A stretch of 64,000 nucleotides of DNA from Candidatus Nomurabacteria bacterium RIFCSPHIGHO2_01_FULL_37_25 (GTDB lineage Bacteria; Patescibacteriota; Minisyncoccia; Phycocordibacterales; UBA9973): assembly GCA_001786765.1 (NCBI GenBank), contig MFTH01000008.1, forward strand, positions 2,939-66,938, written 5' to 3'. This document shows positions 20,760 to 32,270 of the stretch, in pieces (the first letter of the stretch is position 1; each line of letters begins with the position of its first letter). Position numbers and translations under genes: made by a program. A model generated the notes under the pieces. The model was not told where the DNA came from and searched no databases. It saw only the letters and a program-made list of their open reading frames with translations.

Positions 20760-21392
20760 ATGGAAGCAACTGATAAACTTTTTTATATAGCTGTACTTAT
20801 TATGTCTGTGGTGATACATGAAGTCTCACATGGTTTTGTGGCGGAATGGTTCGGTGACAAGACGGCGCGTTTTGCCGGAAGATTAACATTAAATCCATTA
20901 CCACATGTTGATTTGTTTGGCTCAATAATTTTACCGGCAGTTTTGCTTTTATCAAATTCTCCTTTTTTATTTGGCTGGGCGAAGCCGGTGCCATATAATC
21001 CGGATAATCTAAGTAATAAAAAATGGGGGACGATAGCTGTTGCAGGGGCTGGAGTTTTAGCAAATTTTTCTATTGCAATTATATTCGGAGCTATTATCCG
21101 TCTTTCTACTAATTTTTCCTTACCGGAAGGTTTTTATTTTATAACTTCTATTATCGTTATAATAAATCTAGCTTTGGGTGTATTTAATCTAGTTCCTATT
21201 CCACCACTTGATGGTTCTAAAATACTTTTTTCTCTTTTACCTTATTCTTTCTCTAAAATAGTCTTATTTTTTGAACAATACTCTATATTTTTATTTATTA
21301 TTTTTATTTATTATTTTTTTGTTTATTTTTCTGATTATTTATATTCAATACTCGTTTTTCTTTTTACCTTAATCACCGGTCTTGCAATTTAG
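20760..21392 (+). CDS. Site-2 protease (M50) family
   Basis: HEVSH and [10 protein letters not shown] motifs. Confidence 0.92.
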   Translation: MEATDKLFYIAVLIMSVVIHEVSHGFVAEWFGDKTARFAGRLTLNPLPHVDLFGSIILPAVLLLSNSPFLFGWAKPVPYNPDNLSNKKWGTIAVAGAGVLANFSIAIIFGAIIRLSTNFSLPEGFYFITSIIVIINLALGVFNLVPIPPLDGSKILFSLLPYSFSKIVLFFEQYSIFLFIIFIYYFFVYFSDYLYSILVFLFTLITGLAI

Positions 21393-21496
21393 TTTTTTTT
21401 ATAGTAAATTATTCTAGTGTCTTTTTGGAGTCTTCGGACTTTTTTATTTTCTATTTTTTTAGGAACTATAATCTGGAAATTAGAATCTGGTATGTT

Positions 21497-21925
21497 ATGC
21501 CAACAATTAATCAATTAATCAAAAGACCGAGAGTCAAAGCTCATCCGAAAGACAAGACGGTTGCTTTGACGCGTGGATTTAATGTTCTCAAAAACAGACC
21601 AATCTTTTTTTCGTCGCCTTTCAAGCGTGGCGTGTGTGTAAAAGTCTCCACAACGACCCCTAAAAAACCAAACTCAGCTCTTCGAAAGATCGCGAGAGTG
21701 CGACTTACCAACGGCATGGAAGTCACGGCTTACATCCCGGGCGAAGGACATAACTTGCAAGAACATTCTGTAGTTATGCTTCGCGGAGGACGCGTCAAGG
21801 ACTTGATCGGAGTAAGATATCATATTGTGCGTGGAGTATTAGACACACAGGGAGTTGAAAAAAGGAGACAAGGAAGGTCGCTTTACGGAAATAAAAAACC
21901 AAAAGAAAATGCGAAGAAAAATTAA
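21497..21925 (+). CDS. rpsL: 30S ribosomal protein S12
   Basis: [24 protein letters not shown]. Confidence 0.98.
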   Translation: MPTINQLIKRPRVKAHPKDKTVALTRGFNVLKNRPIFFSSPFKRGVCVKVSTTTPKKPNSALRKIARVRLTNGMEVTAYIPGEGHNLQEHSVVMLRGGRVKDLIGVRYHIVRGVLDTQGVEKRRQGRSLYGNKKPKENAKKN

Positions 21926-22379
21926 AAATAGAAATATAATTCAGCCCGACTTTATTTACAATTCTCAAAAATTGGAGAAGTTTATTAACTACATCATGTG
22001 GTCTGGAAAAAAAGAAACTGCGCGAAAAGTGATGTATGCGACTTTTGATGTAATTAAAGAAAAAACAGGCAATCCAAATCCGCTCGAGGTTTTTGATTTA
22101 GCAATGAAAAACGCCGGTCCTTTGACCGAAGTGCGTTCAAAGCGTATTGGTGGCGCAAACTATCAGATACCGATCGAAGTGCGATCTGAACGTCGCATAG
22201 CTTTAGCCATGCGATGGATTCGTGACGCCGCTCGCGGCGGGAAAGGCAAACCAATGCACTTGAAACTCGCCGATGAATTAATCGCCGCTTCCAAAGGAGA
22301 AGGTTCAGCTATTAAAAAGAGAGAAGATACGCACAAAATGGCCGAGGCAAATAAAGCTTTTGCCCACTTTGCTTGGTAG
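21909..22379 (+). CDS. rpsG: 30S ribosomal protein S7
   Basis: [23 protein letters not shown]. Confidence 0.98.
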   Translation: MRRKIKNRNIIQPDFIYNSQKLEKFINYIMWSGKKETARKVMYATFDVIKEKTGNPNPLEVFDLAMKNAGPLTEVRSKRIGGANYQIPIEVRSERRIALAMRWIRDAARGGKGKPMHLKLADELIAASKGEGSAIKKREDTHKMAEANKAFAHFAW

Positions 22380-22526
22380 TAATGTGATATACTTAACTGG
22401 TCGGGGTTCTAATCATTATTTATATAATCTTTTTGTTTAGCGGGAGTTTCTTTTGGTAGTTGTAAATTTTCAATATTTTTAGCTTAGTAAATTTATTTGC
22501 AAAAAACATTGATTTAGTCTAACATT

Positions 22527-22868
22527 ATGGGTATGAAAATAGAGCGACCTATAAATACTAAAAAAAAAGGAACTATAGAGTTTTTAGTTTACAAAGAAGG
22601 CAAAACTTTTGTTGGTGTTTGTCTGACTTTTGATATTATTGAAGAAGGTAATAATCCAGAGAAATTAATGGAAAGTATCCAAGAAGCAGCTCAAGGGCAC
22701 CTAAAAGTTGTTAGGGAAAAGAATATGCCAGATGATTTGCTTAATAGATATGCGCCAAAAGAATATTGGGATATATACTATAAAGCTATAGAAGATATAA
22801 AGAGCAAGAAATCAATAAAGTCACCTTATAGTTTTCTAATTTTTCCGTATGCCTCGAGGACTGTTTAA
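22527..22868 (+). CDS. HicB-like antitoxin
   Basis: VYKEGKTFVGVCL..I.EEG....M..I.EA; overlaps a HicA-like ORF. Confidence 0.6.
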   Translation: MGMKIERPINTKKKGTIEFLVYKEGKTFVGVCLTFDIIEEGNNPEKLMESIQEAAQGHLKVVREKNMPDDLLNRYAPKEYWDIYYKAIEDIKSKKSIKSPYSFLIFPYASRTV

Positions 22869-23088
22869 TTGGTCATATCGAGATGTTATAGATTTCATCT
22901 CTAAAAATGGTTTTGTTTTTTATAAACAAAGAGAGGGTTCTCATGAATATTGGATAAATGAATCAACAAACGCGATTCTAGATATTAACTTTCATGGGCA
23001 AAAAAGTTTTCCACCAAGAACTCTCGAGACTATGATTCGTCAGTCAAAAATCAATAAAAAACTTTGGCGTGAATGGACTTCTCGTTAA
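22849..23088 (+). CDS. HicA-family toxin (mRNA interferase)
   Basis: GF....EGSH motif, ~80 aa, TL..MIRQS. Confidence 0.75.
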   Translation: MPRGLFNWSYRDVIDFISKNGFVFYKQREGSHEYWINESTNAILDINFHGQKSFPPRTLETMIRQSKINKKLWREWTSR

Positions 23089-23243
23089 TTTGCAAAAACT
23101 AGCTTTATAATATATAGTATCGGTAGCGCATGGGGCGCTTTTTATTATTTAATATTTGAATGTGAGCGTGTATTTTCCTTCGAGACAAAAGGTCTCTCAG
23201 GATGGTGATTTTCTAATCGCTTCGCTCAAGAAAAATCAACCAT

Positions 23244-25403
23244 ATGGAACGAGACTATCCTCTAGAAAAAGTTAGAAATTTTGGAATTATCGCGCACATT
23301 GATGCGGGCAAAACGACCACGACTGAGCGTGTTCTTTACTACACAGGCACGAAACACAAAATCGGTGAAGTTCACGAAGGAGAAACCACGACTGATTGGA
23401 TGGAGCAAGAGCGAGAACGCGGAATTACGATTACTTCTGCCGCGGTTACCTGTTTTTGGACACCCACATATGCTCCTAATGATAAAAACAAAAAACATCG
23501 TTTTAATATTATAGATACTCCCGGGCACATTGATTTTACGGTGGAGGTGAAAAGATCTCTGCGTGTTTTAGACGGAGCTGTCGTTGTTTTCGATGGAGTC
23601 GCTGGCGTAGAACCGCAATCAGAAACAAATTGGCGTTACGCTGATGAAGCCAAAGTTCCTCGTGTTTGTTTTATAAATAAATTGGACCGAATCGGCGCTT
23701 CTTTTGAACATTCGTACGCAACTATTTTAGATAGGCTTAGTAAAAAGGCTGTGCGTGTTCAGATCCCTATCGGTCTCGAAGACAAGTTTGAAGGTGTTAT
23801 TGATCTACTGCGAATGAAAGCTTTTTATTTTGAAGGAGAAATGGGCAATCAAGTTATTGAAAAAGACTTAGACACCTTGCCAGAAAATTTGAAAATGGAT
23901 GTGGTGAAATATCATTCTGAACTAGTAGAAAAAATAGTTGAGACGGACGATGCTATGATGACGGAATATTTAGAAGGCATGATTCCAGATCTTGATGTGC
24001 TAAAGAAAACTCTTCGCAAGGCGGTAATTGCGAATCAAATCTTTCCAGTTTTCGCCGGAAGCGCGTTAAAAAACAAAGGTGTTCAGCTAGTGCTCGATGC
24101 GGTGGTGGACTATCTGCCAGCGCCTACGGACATTGCTGCGGTTTCGGGCATTGATCCGAACAACGATGACGCTGTTATCACCAGAAATGCTTCAGATAAA
24201 GAACCTTTTTCCGCTCTCGCTTTCAAGGTGGCGACTGACCCATTTGTCGGTCAGCTTATTTTCTTCCGAGTTTATTCCGGCATACTTTCGGCTGGCAGTT
24301 ATATTTACAATCCCCGCACGCGCAACAAAGAACGCATCGGCCGAATTTTAAGAATGCATGCGAACGACAGAGAAGAAGTGAAACAAGTCTTTGCTGGAGA
24401 AATAGCCGCCGCTGTCGGGCTCAAAGACACTATCACTTCAGATACTATTTGTGATGAAAACAGTCCGATTATTTTAGATAGAATTGTTTTCCCAGAACCT
24501 GTTATCTCGCTTCGCATTGAACCAAAGACCAAAGCCGATCAAGAAAAAATGGGGATGGCTTTGAATAGACTTGCGCAAGAAGACCCTACTTTCAAAGTCA
24601 GCACTGACCAAGAAACAGGCGAGACTATCATTGCCGGCATGGGAGAATTGCATTTGGAAATTATTGTGGATCGAATGAAGCGTGAATTTACTGTGGAAGC
24701 GAATGTCGGCAAGCCTCAAGTAGCATATCGCGAAACGATTAACGGCACAGCTTCTGCTGAAGGGAAATATATTAAACAATCAGGCGGGCGTGGAAACTAT
24801 GGACATGTAAAGATAAAAGTGAAACCGATGGCAATGCTTTCAAAAGAAGAATTGGAAGATTTGCCAAAAAATACAAAGAGGTCTCCCGGTTTTGAATTTA
24901 TCAATACTATTAAAGGAGGAGTAATTCCGCAAGAATATATCGCGCCGTGTGAAAAAGGATTTAAAGAAGGGCTCGACCGTGGAGTTTTGGCTGGATTTAA
25001 GATGGTAAATGTCTCGGTGGAACTTTGGGATGGGAGTTATCATGAAGTTGATTCCAACGAACTCGCTTTCAAAATTGCTTCATCTATGGCAGTGCAGGAT
25101 GCATGCCGTCAGGCAAACCCGGTGATATTGGAACCAATGATGAAAGTGGAAGTTGTCACTCCAGATAAATTTATGGGAGATGTTACTGGAAATCTTTCTT
25201 CTAAACGAGCTCTTATTGAAGGCATGGAAGACAAAGGAATGAATAAAGTTATTCGCGCTATTGTGCCTCTTTCTGAAATGTTTGGCTACATGACTGGATT
25301 ACGTTCTATGACCGAAGGCCGGGCATCTTTTACTATGGAATTCTTTAGGTATGACATAGTTCCGCAAAATGTCGCGGAAGTAATAATATCTTCACGCAAG
25401 TGA
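23244..25403 (+). CDS. fusA: Elongation factor G
   Basis: [25 protein letters not shown]. Confidence 0.99.
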   Translation: MERDYPLEKVRNFGIIAHIDAGKTTTTERVLYYTGTKHKIGEVHEGETTTDWMEQERERGITITSAAVTCFWTPTYAPNDKNKKHRFNIIDTPGHIDFTVEVKRSLRVLDGAVVVFDGVAGVEPQSETNWRYADEAKVPRVCFINKLDRIGASFEHSYATILDRLSKKAVRVQIPIGLEDKFEGVIDLLRMKAFYFEGEMGNQVIEKDLDTLPENLKMDVVKYHSELVEKIVETDDAMMTEYLEGMIPDLDVLKKTLRKAVIANQIFPVFAGSALKNKGVQLVLDAVVDYLPAPTDIAAVSGIDPNNDDAVITRNASDKEPFSALAFKVATDPFVGQLIFFRVYSGILSAGSYIYNPRTRNKERIGRILRMHANDREEVKQVFAGEIAAAVGLKDTITSDTICDENSPIILDRIVFPEPVISLRIEPKTKADQEKMGMALNRLAQEDPTFKVSTDQETGETIIAGMGELHLEIIVDRMKREFTVEANVGKPQVAYRETINGTASAEGKYIKQSGGRGNYGHVKIKVKPMAMLSKEELEDLPKNTKRSPGFEFINTIKGGVIPQEYIAPCEKGFKEGLDRGVLAGFKMVNVSVELWDGSYHEVDSNELAFKIASSMAVQDACRQANPVILEPMMKVEVVTPDKFMGDVTGNLSSKRALIEGMEDKGMNKVIRAIVPLSEMFGYMTGLRSMTEGRASFTMEFFRYDIVPQNVAEVIISSRK

Positions 25404-25439
25404 TTTGGTATTTTTTTAATTTTTTGCTATATTATACTT

Positions 25440-25667
25440 ATGAAACAGTCGCGAAAATTTACTGCGGTCTATAAAAAGTCTGGCAAGTGGTATTCTGGTT
25501 GGATTGAGGAAATTCCTGGCGTAAATACCCAAGGTAGGACATTGACTGAAACTAAAGCTAATTTAAAAGAAGCGCTTTTGCTTATTTTGGAAACTAATCG
25601 TATGCTATCTAAAAAATCCGAAGGCCAATCTATTATCACCCGTGAAAGTCTAGCTGTATTTGCTTAA
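25440..25667 (+). CDS. hicB: HicB-family antitoxin
   Basis: EIPGVNTQGRTL.E...NL.EA. Confidence 0.85.
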   Translation: MKQSRKFTAVYKKSGKWYSGWIEEIPGVNTQGRTLTETKANLKEALLLILETNRMLSKKSEGQSIITRESLAVFA

Positions 25668-25673
25668 TTTCTC

Positions 25674-25868
25674 ATGAAACAGGTTGACCTTATAAAACAT
25701 CTCAGAAAATGTGGATGTATTTTTGTAAGGGAAGGCAATTCGCATAGTGTTTGGTATAATCCACTTACAGGAAGAACCTCTACTGTGCCAAGACATCATG
25801 AGATTAATAATTTTACAGGAAGAAATATTTGTAAAGATTTGGGTGTATCTATAATCAAAAAAAGATAA
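25674..25868 (+). CDS. hicA: HicA-family toxin
   Basis: REGNSHSVW.NP....STVPRH.EI..ICKDLG. Confidence 0.88.
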   Translation: MKQVDLIKHLRKCGCIFVREGNSHSVWYNPLTGRTSTVPRHHEINNFTGRNICKDLGVSIIKKR

Positions 25869-25878
25869 TATAATAAAT

Positions 25879-26523
25879 ATGTTTGAATCTAATCAGGAAG
25901 TTATTGATATATTGGAAAAAACAGGCGCAGTAGTTGGTGACAGTCATTTTGTCTATGTTTCTGGAAAACATGCGCCCGTTTATGTTAATAAAGATTATGT
26001 CTATCCTCACACTGCGTATGTTTCTCGAATTGCGGAAATAATTGCCCAAAAATATAAAGACAGCCCGGTTGATGTTGTGGTTGGACCATCTATCGGGGGT
26101 ATTATACTTTCTCAATGGACAGCTCATCATCTTTCTCGTCTAAAAAGTAAAGATATATTGAGCATTTATACGGAAAAACAAATAGATAAAGATCAAATTT
26201 TTACTAGAGGTTACGATACATATGTCAGAGGGAGGAATGTTTTGATCGTTGAAGATGTGGTTACGACCGGTGGTTCGATAAAAAAGGTTATAAATAGTGT
26301 CCAAAAAAATGCTGGAAGAGTTCTAGCCGCTTGCGCGATAGTCAACAAAGACCCGATAAATATAAATCCAAGTTTTATCGGCGTGCCTTTTGATTATCTA
26401 GCCATTATCGGCATGGATGTTTATGATGCAAAAGACTGTCCATTGTGTGAGCAAAATATTCCCATCAACATCCAAATGGGCCATGGGAAAAAATATTTAG
26501 AATCCAAAAAAATAGCGCAATAA
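25879..26523 (+). CDS. pyrE: Orotate phosphoribosyltransferase
   Basis: HF..VSGKH, VLIVEDVVTTGGS; next to pyrF. Confidence 0.85.
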   Translation: MFESNQEVIDILEKTGAVVGDSHFVYVSGKHAPVYVNKDYVYPHTAYVSRIAEIIAQKYKDSPVDVVVGPSIGGIILSQWTAHHLSRLKSKDILSIYTEKQIDKDQIFTRGYDTYVRGRNVLIVEDVVTTGGSIKKVINSVQKNAGRVLAACAIVNKDPININPSFIGVPFDYLAIIGMDVYDAKDCPLCEQNIPINIQMGHGKKYLESKKIAQ

Positions 26524-27354
26524 ATGATTGTTAATAAATACAACAAAAGAGCGAAGAAAATAAATTCATTGCTTTGCGTTGGTTTGGATTCAGACTTTAC
26601 TAAAATTCCAAAGCGTTTTTTGAAATTAAAATTTCCACAATTTGAATTTAATAAGTGGATTATAGATGAAACACACGAATACGCAGTTGCTTATAAAATG
26701 AATAGCGCTTTTTATGAAATGCGCGGAGACAAAGGAATAGCAGAACTTAAGATGACGATAGATTATTTAAATAAAAATTATCCAGATATTTTTACAATTT
26801 TTGATGCCAAGCGAGCGGACATTGGAAATACAAACAATGGATACGTCATTTCTATTTTTGATTGGTTCTGTTTTGACGCGGTAACCTTACATCCATATTT
26901 AGGACAAGAAGCTCTCCAGCCTTTTTTAGACAGAAAAGATAAATGCTCTATTATTTTATGTCGCACTTCGAATCCGGGCGCGGGGGAGTTTCAAGATTTG
27001 GTATTAAAGAAACCCGCCTCCGCCAAAGGCTCCAGCGAGGCAAAGCCACTTTGGCAAATCGTGGCTGAAAAAGTTTCAAAAGATTGGAATAAAAATAAAA
27101 ATTGCATGCTAGTTGTCGGGGCGACTTATCTAAAAGAGATGAAAAAAATCCGTAGTATTATAGGTGGTATGACTTTTCTTGCGCCGGGTATCGGCGCGCA
27201 GGGAGGGGATTTGAAATCAGTGCTTAAATCCGGATTAAATAGTAAAGGTCTCGGTCTCATCATCAATTCTTCCCGCGGTATAATTTTTGCTGAAAATCCA
27301 AAAGAAGAAGCAAAAAAACTTTGCCAAGAAATAAGAAAATACAAAGATAATTAA
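26524..27354 (+). CDS. pyrF: Orotidine-5'-phosphate decarboxylase
   Basis: LCVGLD, DAKRADIGNT, RTSNPG, PGIGAQGG. Confidence 0.95.
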   Translation: MIVNKYNKRAKKINSLLCVGLDSDFTKIPKRFLKLKFPQFEFNKWIIDETHEYAVAYKMNSAFYEMRGDKGIAELKMTIDYLNKNYPDIFTIFDAKRADIGNTNNGYVISIFDWFCFDAVTLHPYLGQEALQPFLDRKDKCSIILCRTSNPGAGEFQDLVLKKPASAKGSSEAKPLWQIVAEKVSKDWNKNKNCMLVVGATYLKEMKKIRSIIGGMTFLAPGIGAQGGDLKSVLKSGLNSKGLGLIINSSRGIIFAENPKEEAKKLCQEIRKYKDN

Positions 27355-27359
27355 TGAGT

Positions 27360-27387
27360 TTGACAACATTTTTTTATCTGCTATTAT
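27360..27387 (+). promoter_or_regulatory. Putative sigma70 promoter for tuf
   Basis: TTGACA-N16-TATTAT. Confidence 0.6.
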
Positions 27388-27522
27388 AGTCAGAACTGCA
27401 CTTTTGCAGTTTTTATGTTGTTTTTTAAAAACAAAGATAAATTATTAGTTAATATATCGTTAGTAATCAAGCCTTAGCGACTGGTTCCTGTACGTTGAGT
27501 TTTGGTTAGTAATAAAAATTTT

Positions 27523-28716
27523 ATGGCAGAAGAATTTAAAAGAGACAGGCCACATATAAATGTCGGCACTATTGGTCACGTTGACCACGGCAAGACTACT
27601 TTGACCGCCGCAATTTTACATGTGCTAAACATGGCTGGAAAGTCAGTGCGACTTCGAGGTGTTGACCAGATCGACAATGCTCCCGAAGAAAAAGCTCGTG
27701 GAATTACTATTAATATTTCTCACAACGAATATTCAACGGATGCTCGTCATTATGCTCATATCGACGCTCCGGGACACGCTGATTATATTAAAAATATGAT
27801 TACAGGAGCGGCGCAAATGGATGGCGCTATTTTGGTGGTTGCGGCGACTGATGGCGCTATGCCTCAGACTCGTGAGCACGTTCTCCTTGCAAAGCAAGTT
27901 GGTGTGCCAAAAATAATCGTATTTTTAAACAAGTGCGATATGGTTGATGATAAAGAAATGATTGACTTGGTTGAAGAAGAAATTCGTGAACTTTTGACCA
28001 AGCAAGGATTTGATGGCGCAGGGGCTCCAGTTATTCGCGGTTCTGGACTCAAGGCTCTTGAATCAAAATCAGCTGATGACGAATGGGCGAAAAAAGTGCT
28101 TGAACTCGTAAACGCTCTTGATACTTATATTCCAATTCCGGTACGAGATATTGCAAAACCTTTTCTTATGCCTGTTGAAGACATATTTTCAATTGAAGGT
28201 CGTGGCACAGTTGTGACCGGAAAAATTGAAAGAGGTGTAATCAAGCTAGATGAGGATGTAGAGATTGTCGGTATTAAACCTACCCAAAAATCAACAGTTA
28301 CAGGTATTGAAATGTTTAATAAGAATCTAAAAGAGGGTATGGCTGGAGACAATGCCGGTATCCTTCTTCGTGGTCTAAAGAAAGAAGATATTACTCGCGG
28401 ACAAGTTCTCTGTAAGCCAGGCACAACTACCCCACATGATAATTTTACTGCTGAAATATATGTTTTGAAAAAAGAAGAAGGCGGACGTCACACCCCATTC
28501 TTTAAAGGCTATAAACCTCAATTTTATATTCGAACAACGGATGTTACGGGTGATGTGACTCTCGCAGAAGGCGCTGAAATGGTTATGCCTGGAGATACAG
28601 TAAAAATTACAGTTAAGTTAGTTACTCCAGTTGCGCTAGAAGAATCCCAAAGATTTGCTATTCGTGAAGGAGGCAAGACTGTAGGAGCTGGAGTAGTTAT
28701 AAAAATTTTAGGTTAG
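27523..28716 (+). CDS. tuf: Elongation factor Tu
   Basis: [21 protein letters not shown]. Confidence 0.99.
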   Translation: MAEEFKRDRPHINVGTIGHVDHGKTTLTAAILHVLNMAGKSVRLRGVDQIDNAPEEKARGITINISHNEYSTDARHYAHIDAPGHADYIKNMITGAAQMDGAILVVAATDGAMPQTREHVLLAKQVGVPKIIVFLNKCDMVDDKEMIDLVEEEIRELLTKQGFDGAGAPVIRGSGLKALESKSADDEWAKKVLELVNALDTYIPIPVRDIAKPFLMPVEDIFSIEGRGTVVTGKIERGVIKLDEDVEIVGIKPTQKSTVTGIEMFNKNLKEGMAGDNAGILLRGLKKEDITRGQVLCKPGTTTPHDNFTAEIYVLKKEEGGRHTPFFKGYKPQFYIRTTDVTGDVTLAEGAEMVMPGDTVKITVKLVTPVALEESQRFAIREGGKTVGAGVVIKILG

Positions 28717-28748
28717 AATATATTAATTTTGTTCATTAAAAATTAATC

Positions 28749-29213
28749 ATGGCAATAACAGAAAAAAAAGTTTCCGCCAAAGGCGGATCCGTCTCAGGCG
28801 GAAAAAATAAGAAAGAGCCTAAAGCAATTAAAGTTGCAAAAGCGCCTAAGGTTTCAAAAATTTCTCCGCAAAAGCAGAAATCTGTTCGCGCTGATACAAA
28901 AGATGCCAAAGTCATACTGCGTATTCGAGTCCGCGCTTACGAGAGTAAAATCTTGGATGCCTCAGTTAAACAAATCATAGATACGGCGGTTCGTTATGAT
29001 GCGGTGATAGTCGGACCTGTGCCTTTACCCACTGAAATAAAAAAATATACAGTCAATCGCTCTCCTTTTATTTATAAAAACACACGAGAGCAATTTGAAA
29101 TTCGTGTTCATAAAAGGTTGATTGATATCATAAACCCAAATACAAAGACTATTGAGGCTCTTACCAATTTGTCGCTTCCTTCCGGAGTAGATATTGACGT
29201 TAAAATGCTATGA
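28749..29213 (+). CDS. rpsJ: 30S ribosomal protein S10 with Lys-rich N-terminal extension
   Basis: LRIRVRAY, GPVPLPT, REQFE..HKRLID. Confidence 0.95.
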   Translation: MAITEKKVSAKGGSVSGGKNKKEPKAIKVAKAPKVSKISPQKQKSVRADTKDAKVILRIRVRAYESKILDASVKQIIDTAVRYDAVIVGPVPLPTEIKKYTVNRSPFIYKNTREQFEIRVHKRLIDIINPNTKTIEALTNLSLPSGVDIDVKML

Positions 29214-29335
29214 TCCCGTTAGAAGCCGCGATCGCAATTTAAAATATAAACAAAATATGAGATCAGATATTAGTAAAATTAATAACATAAAATGCGAGAT
29301 ATCCGAGTTGTTCGCGATCTGCTTCTAAACGGGAT
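29213..29335. mobile_element. Start-codon TIR element copy 1 (before rplC)
   Basis: ATCCCGTTAGAAG...CTTCTAAACGGGAT; ATGA on both sides. Confidence 0.85.
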
Positions 29336-29942
29336 GAAATTCATTTTAGCAACAAAAGAAAATATGACGGAGTATTTTTCTGAAGAGGGTGTGGTTATCC
29401 CAGTAACGATACTTTCTGCCGGACCCGTGACGGTGACTAGAATTTTTGAAAAATCCAAAGATGGTTATAACTCTGTCCAAGTGGGTTTGGAAAAAAAGTC
29501 CCGACGCCCGAAGGGGTCGGGAGCCCGACCGCAAGCGTCGGGAAAAAATATCCTAAAAGAATTTAGATTAAAATCCGCCGACAAGATAGATGCAAAAAAG
29601 GGCGACAATATTGATGTTTCGGTTTTTGTTCCGGGTGATAAACTCCAAGTCTCCAGCGTATCTAAAGGCAAAGGCTTTCAGGGTGTCGTAAAGCGTCATG
29701 GTTTTAGTGGCGGTCCGCGCACTCATGGTCAAAAACATTCTGAAAGAGAGCCGGGAAGTATCGGAGGAGGACTCCGCACTCATGTTCCAAAGGGAATGAG
29801 AATGGCTGGCAGAATGGGCGGAGATCGCATTACCCAAAAGAATATCAAAGTTGTTTCTGTTGATAAAGAAAATAATATAATGCTGGTAAAAGGAGCAATC
29901 GCCGGCAAACGCGGGACTTTAGTTGAAATAATCAGCAGGTAA
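29334..29942 (+). CDS. rplC: 50S ribosomal protein L3
   Basis: SKGKGFQGVVKRH, GMRMAGRMG. Confidence 0.97.
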   Translation: MKFILATKENMTEYFSEEGVVIPVTILSAGPVTVTRIFEKSKDGYNSVQVGLEKKSRRPKGSGARPQASGKNILKEFRLKSADKIDAKKGDNIDVSVFVPGDKLQVSSVSKGKGFQGVVKRHGFSGGPRTHGQKHSEREPGSIGGGLRTHVPKGMRMAGRMGGDRITQKNIKVVSVDKENNIMLVKGAIAGKRGTLVEIISR

Positions 29943-30727
29943 TGAACCCCGTTAGAAGTCGCGATCACGATTATGGCGATAATAAAGATATGAAAAAAGA
30001 TAACACAATACAAAAAAATAAAGAAAACTCTGAAAGTGTTGTATCGCGACCTACTTCTAACGGGGTGGAAGCAAAAATATACAATCAAAAAGGAGCTGAA
30101 ACCGGGACGATAAGTCTTCCAGAGAAAGTTTTTGCCGTCAAGTGGAAGAGTGACTTAGTGCATCAAGTTGTGCAAAGTATGAGAAGTAATAAAAGAGCAG
30201 GGACTGCCGACACCAAAGACCGTGGAGAAGTTCGTGGTGGAGGTAAAAAACCTTGGAAGCAAAAAGGTACAGGACGCGCAAGACATGGTTCAAGCCGAAG
30301 CCCTATCTGGGTTGGTGGAGGGGTAACGCACGGTCCGCTTGCTAAAAAAAATTATAAAAGAAAAATTTCAAAGAAAATGCGCGCGCAAGCTCTTTTCTCT
30401 GTTCTTTCAAAGAAGCTTAAGGATGAAGAAATTCTTTTTGTGGACACACTTTCTATGTCTTCTATCAAAACAAAAGATGCGGTAAAAGTAGTAGAGAATT
30501 TAGCGAAAGTTACTGATTGGAAAATGAAAGATTCTTCCCTGAAGCCTCGAGTGTTGACTGCGCTTTTTGGACGCAATGAAAAAACAGAAAAAAGTTTTAG
30601 AAATATTCCAGCATTAGAATTAGTATTTTTGAAGAATTTAAATCCATTTGATGTTTTAAATTATAAATATCTTTTAATAGAAAATCCGGTCGAAAGTATA
30701 AAATTTTTAGAATCTCGAGGTCAGTAA
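29942..30727 (+). CDS. rplD: 50S ribosomal protein L4
   Basis: KPWKQKGTGRARHGS..GGG; start is either ATG 29942 or GTG 30065. Confidence 0.95.
   Translation: MNPVRSRDHDYGDNKDMKKDNTIQKNKENSESVVSRPTSNGVEAKIYNQKGAETGTISLPEKVFAVKWKSDLVHQVVQSMRSNKRAGTADTKDRGEVRGGGKKPWKQKGTGRARHGSSRSPIWVGGGVTHGPLAKKNYKRKISKKMRAQALFSVLSKKLKDEEILFVDTLSMSSIKTKDAVKVVENLAKVTDWKMKDSSLKPRVLTALFGRNEKTEKSFRNIPALELVFLKNLNPFDVLNYKYLLIENPVESIKFLESRGQ
29946..30066. mobile_element. Start-codon TIR element copy 2 (in frame at rplD N-terminus)
   Basis: ACCCCGTTAGAAGT...ACTTCTAACGGGGT; open in frame from ATG 29942 to GTG 30065. Confidence 0.85.
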
Positions 30728-30733
30728 AACAAC

Positions 30734-31012
30734 ATGACAATGATAATTAAAAATCCAAGAATTACCGAGAAAGCGTCTTTTGCGCAAGAGCAAAATGTTT
30801 ATACTTTTGATATTTCTTCCGGAGCTAGCAAAACCAACAAGACTGAGATAAAGAAAGCTATCTTTGCTCTTTACAAAGTAAAGCCTTTGAAAGTAAATGT
30901 TTTACCTGTGCCAAAGAAAAATATTATGTTTAAAGGGCGCGCTGGAGTAAAAGGCGGAGGCAGGAAAGCTTTAGTTTATTTAAAAGCGGGAGATAAAATT
31001 GAATTTATTTGA
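30734..31012 (+). CDS. rplW: 50S ribosomal protein L23
   Basis: PRITEKA, NKTEIK.AI, RKALV.L. Confidence 0.95.
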   Translation: MTMIIKNPRITEKASFAQEQNVYTFDISSGASKTNKTEIKKAIFALYKVKPLKVNVLPVPKKNIMFKGRAGVKGGGRKALVYLKAGDKIEFI

Positions 31013-31092
31013 CACTGAGGCATGACACTGAGGTACTTAGGTCTTGCCTCAGTGAAACAGTGAAAAGAAACACAATAAAACAATAAACAATT

Positions 31093-31932
31093 ATGAAAAC
31101 ATATAAACCAACAAGTAAATCACGAAGACAAATGACCCATGTGCTTTACAGGGAACTTTTGACGAAGTCACAACCGACCAAGTCTCTCACTTATGGTTTT
31201 AGACGTTCTGTCGGGAGGAATAGCAGAGGACGCATCACTGTGCGACATAAAGGTGGAGGACACAAACGTCTTTATCGCGAGGTTGATTTTTTATATAATA
31301 AAAAAGAAATTCCGGCTATAATAAAATCTATCGAATATGACCCAAATCGTTCAGCTTTTATTGGGCTAGCTATTTATAAAGACGGAGAAAAGAGATATGT
31401 TATATTGCCTAAATCTATAAAGCCCGGAGACTCTTTTATTGTTTCGGAAAAGGCGCCTCTCTCAGTCGCTAATAGACTTCCTCTTAAAAATATCCCAGTC
31501 GGGACTTTTGTTTATAATATTGAAATACAACCAAATGGTGGAGCGAAGATAGGTCGTTCCGCAGGAATTTTTGCGCAAGTAGTTGCTAATGCTGATGGAT
31601 ATACAAACATTAAAATGCCTTCAACTGAAGTCCGTAAAATAAATGAAAACTGCTTCGCGTGTATCGGTACTGTTTCAAACGAAGAACATCATCTTGAAAA
31701 TTATGGTAAAGCTGGACGAAGTCGCTGGAAGGGAATACGACCGACAGTGCGTGGAACTGCGATGAACCCTGTTGACCATCCGTACGGAGGTGGAGAAGGC
31801 AGACAAGGACGCGGAACAAAACGTCCAAAGACTATGTGGGGCAAAGTAACCGGCGGAAGAAAAACCCGCAGTCCAAAGAGATACTCAAATGTCTTTATTG
31901 TTTCTCGTCGTAAGACTGGGAAGAATAAATAA
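31093..31932 (+). CDS. rplB: 50S ribosomal protein L2
   Basis: GGGHKR.YR, EYDPNRS, RGTAMNPVDHPYGGGEG. Confidence 0.99.
   Translation: MKTYKPTSKSRRQMTHVLYRELLTKSQPTKSLTYGFRRSVGRNSRGRITVRHKGGGHKRLYREVDFLYNKKEIPAIIKSIEYDPNRSAFIGLAIYKDGEKRYVILPKSIKPGDSFIVSEKAPLSVANRLPLKNIPVGTFVYNIEIQPNGGAKIGRSAGIFAQVVANADGYTNIKMPSTEVRKINENCFACIGTVSNEEHHLENYGKAGRSRWKGIRPTVRGTAMNPVDHPYGGGEGRQGRGTKRPKTMWGKVTGGRKTRSPKRYSNVFIVSRRKTGKNK
31862..31932 (+). repeat. 71-bp direct repeat, copy 1 (rplB 3' end)
   Basis: Identical to 32497-32567. Confidence 0.92.
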
Positions 31933-31979
31933 ATTTAAAATTTGTATCCTTTTTTGCGCTGTGGTATAATTTGAATCTT

Positions 31980-32270
31980 ATGAAAAAATTAACACTCAAA
32001 GAAATAAATTTACCAGTTACAATATTTAAAGAAGGCAAGAGTTATGTGGCGTATAGCCCTGCTCTTGATCTTTCTACTTGCGCTTCCACTTACAAAAAAG
32101 CGCAAACTAATTTTTCCGAGATTGTTGGAATTTTTATTGAAGAACTTGTAGAAATGGGCACACTGGATGTAGTGCTCCGAGAATTAGGCTGGCAGAAAAT
32201 AAAATCTAACTGGCAACCGCCAGTTGTTGTTTCAAATTATTTTCAACCGATGAATCTTTCGTATGCCTAA
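31980..32270 (+). CDS. HicB-like antitoxin
   Basis: IFKEGKSYVAYSPALDLSTC..T..KA..NF.E. Confidence 0.75.
   Translation: MKKLTLKEINLPVTIFKEGKSYVAYSPALDLSTCASTYKKAQTNFSEIVGIFIEELVEMGTLDVVLRELGWQKIKSNWQPPVVVSNYFQPMNLSYA

Noticed and set aside
31010-31062. GACACTGAGG direct and inverted repeat between rplW and rplB
   Set aside because: It is a real small hairpin with a duplicated arm, but there is only one locus in the window, so it cannot be assigned to a family or function.
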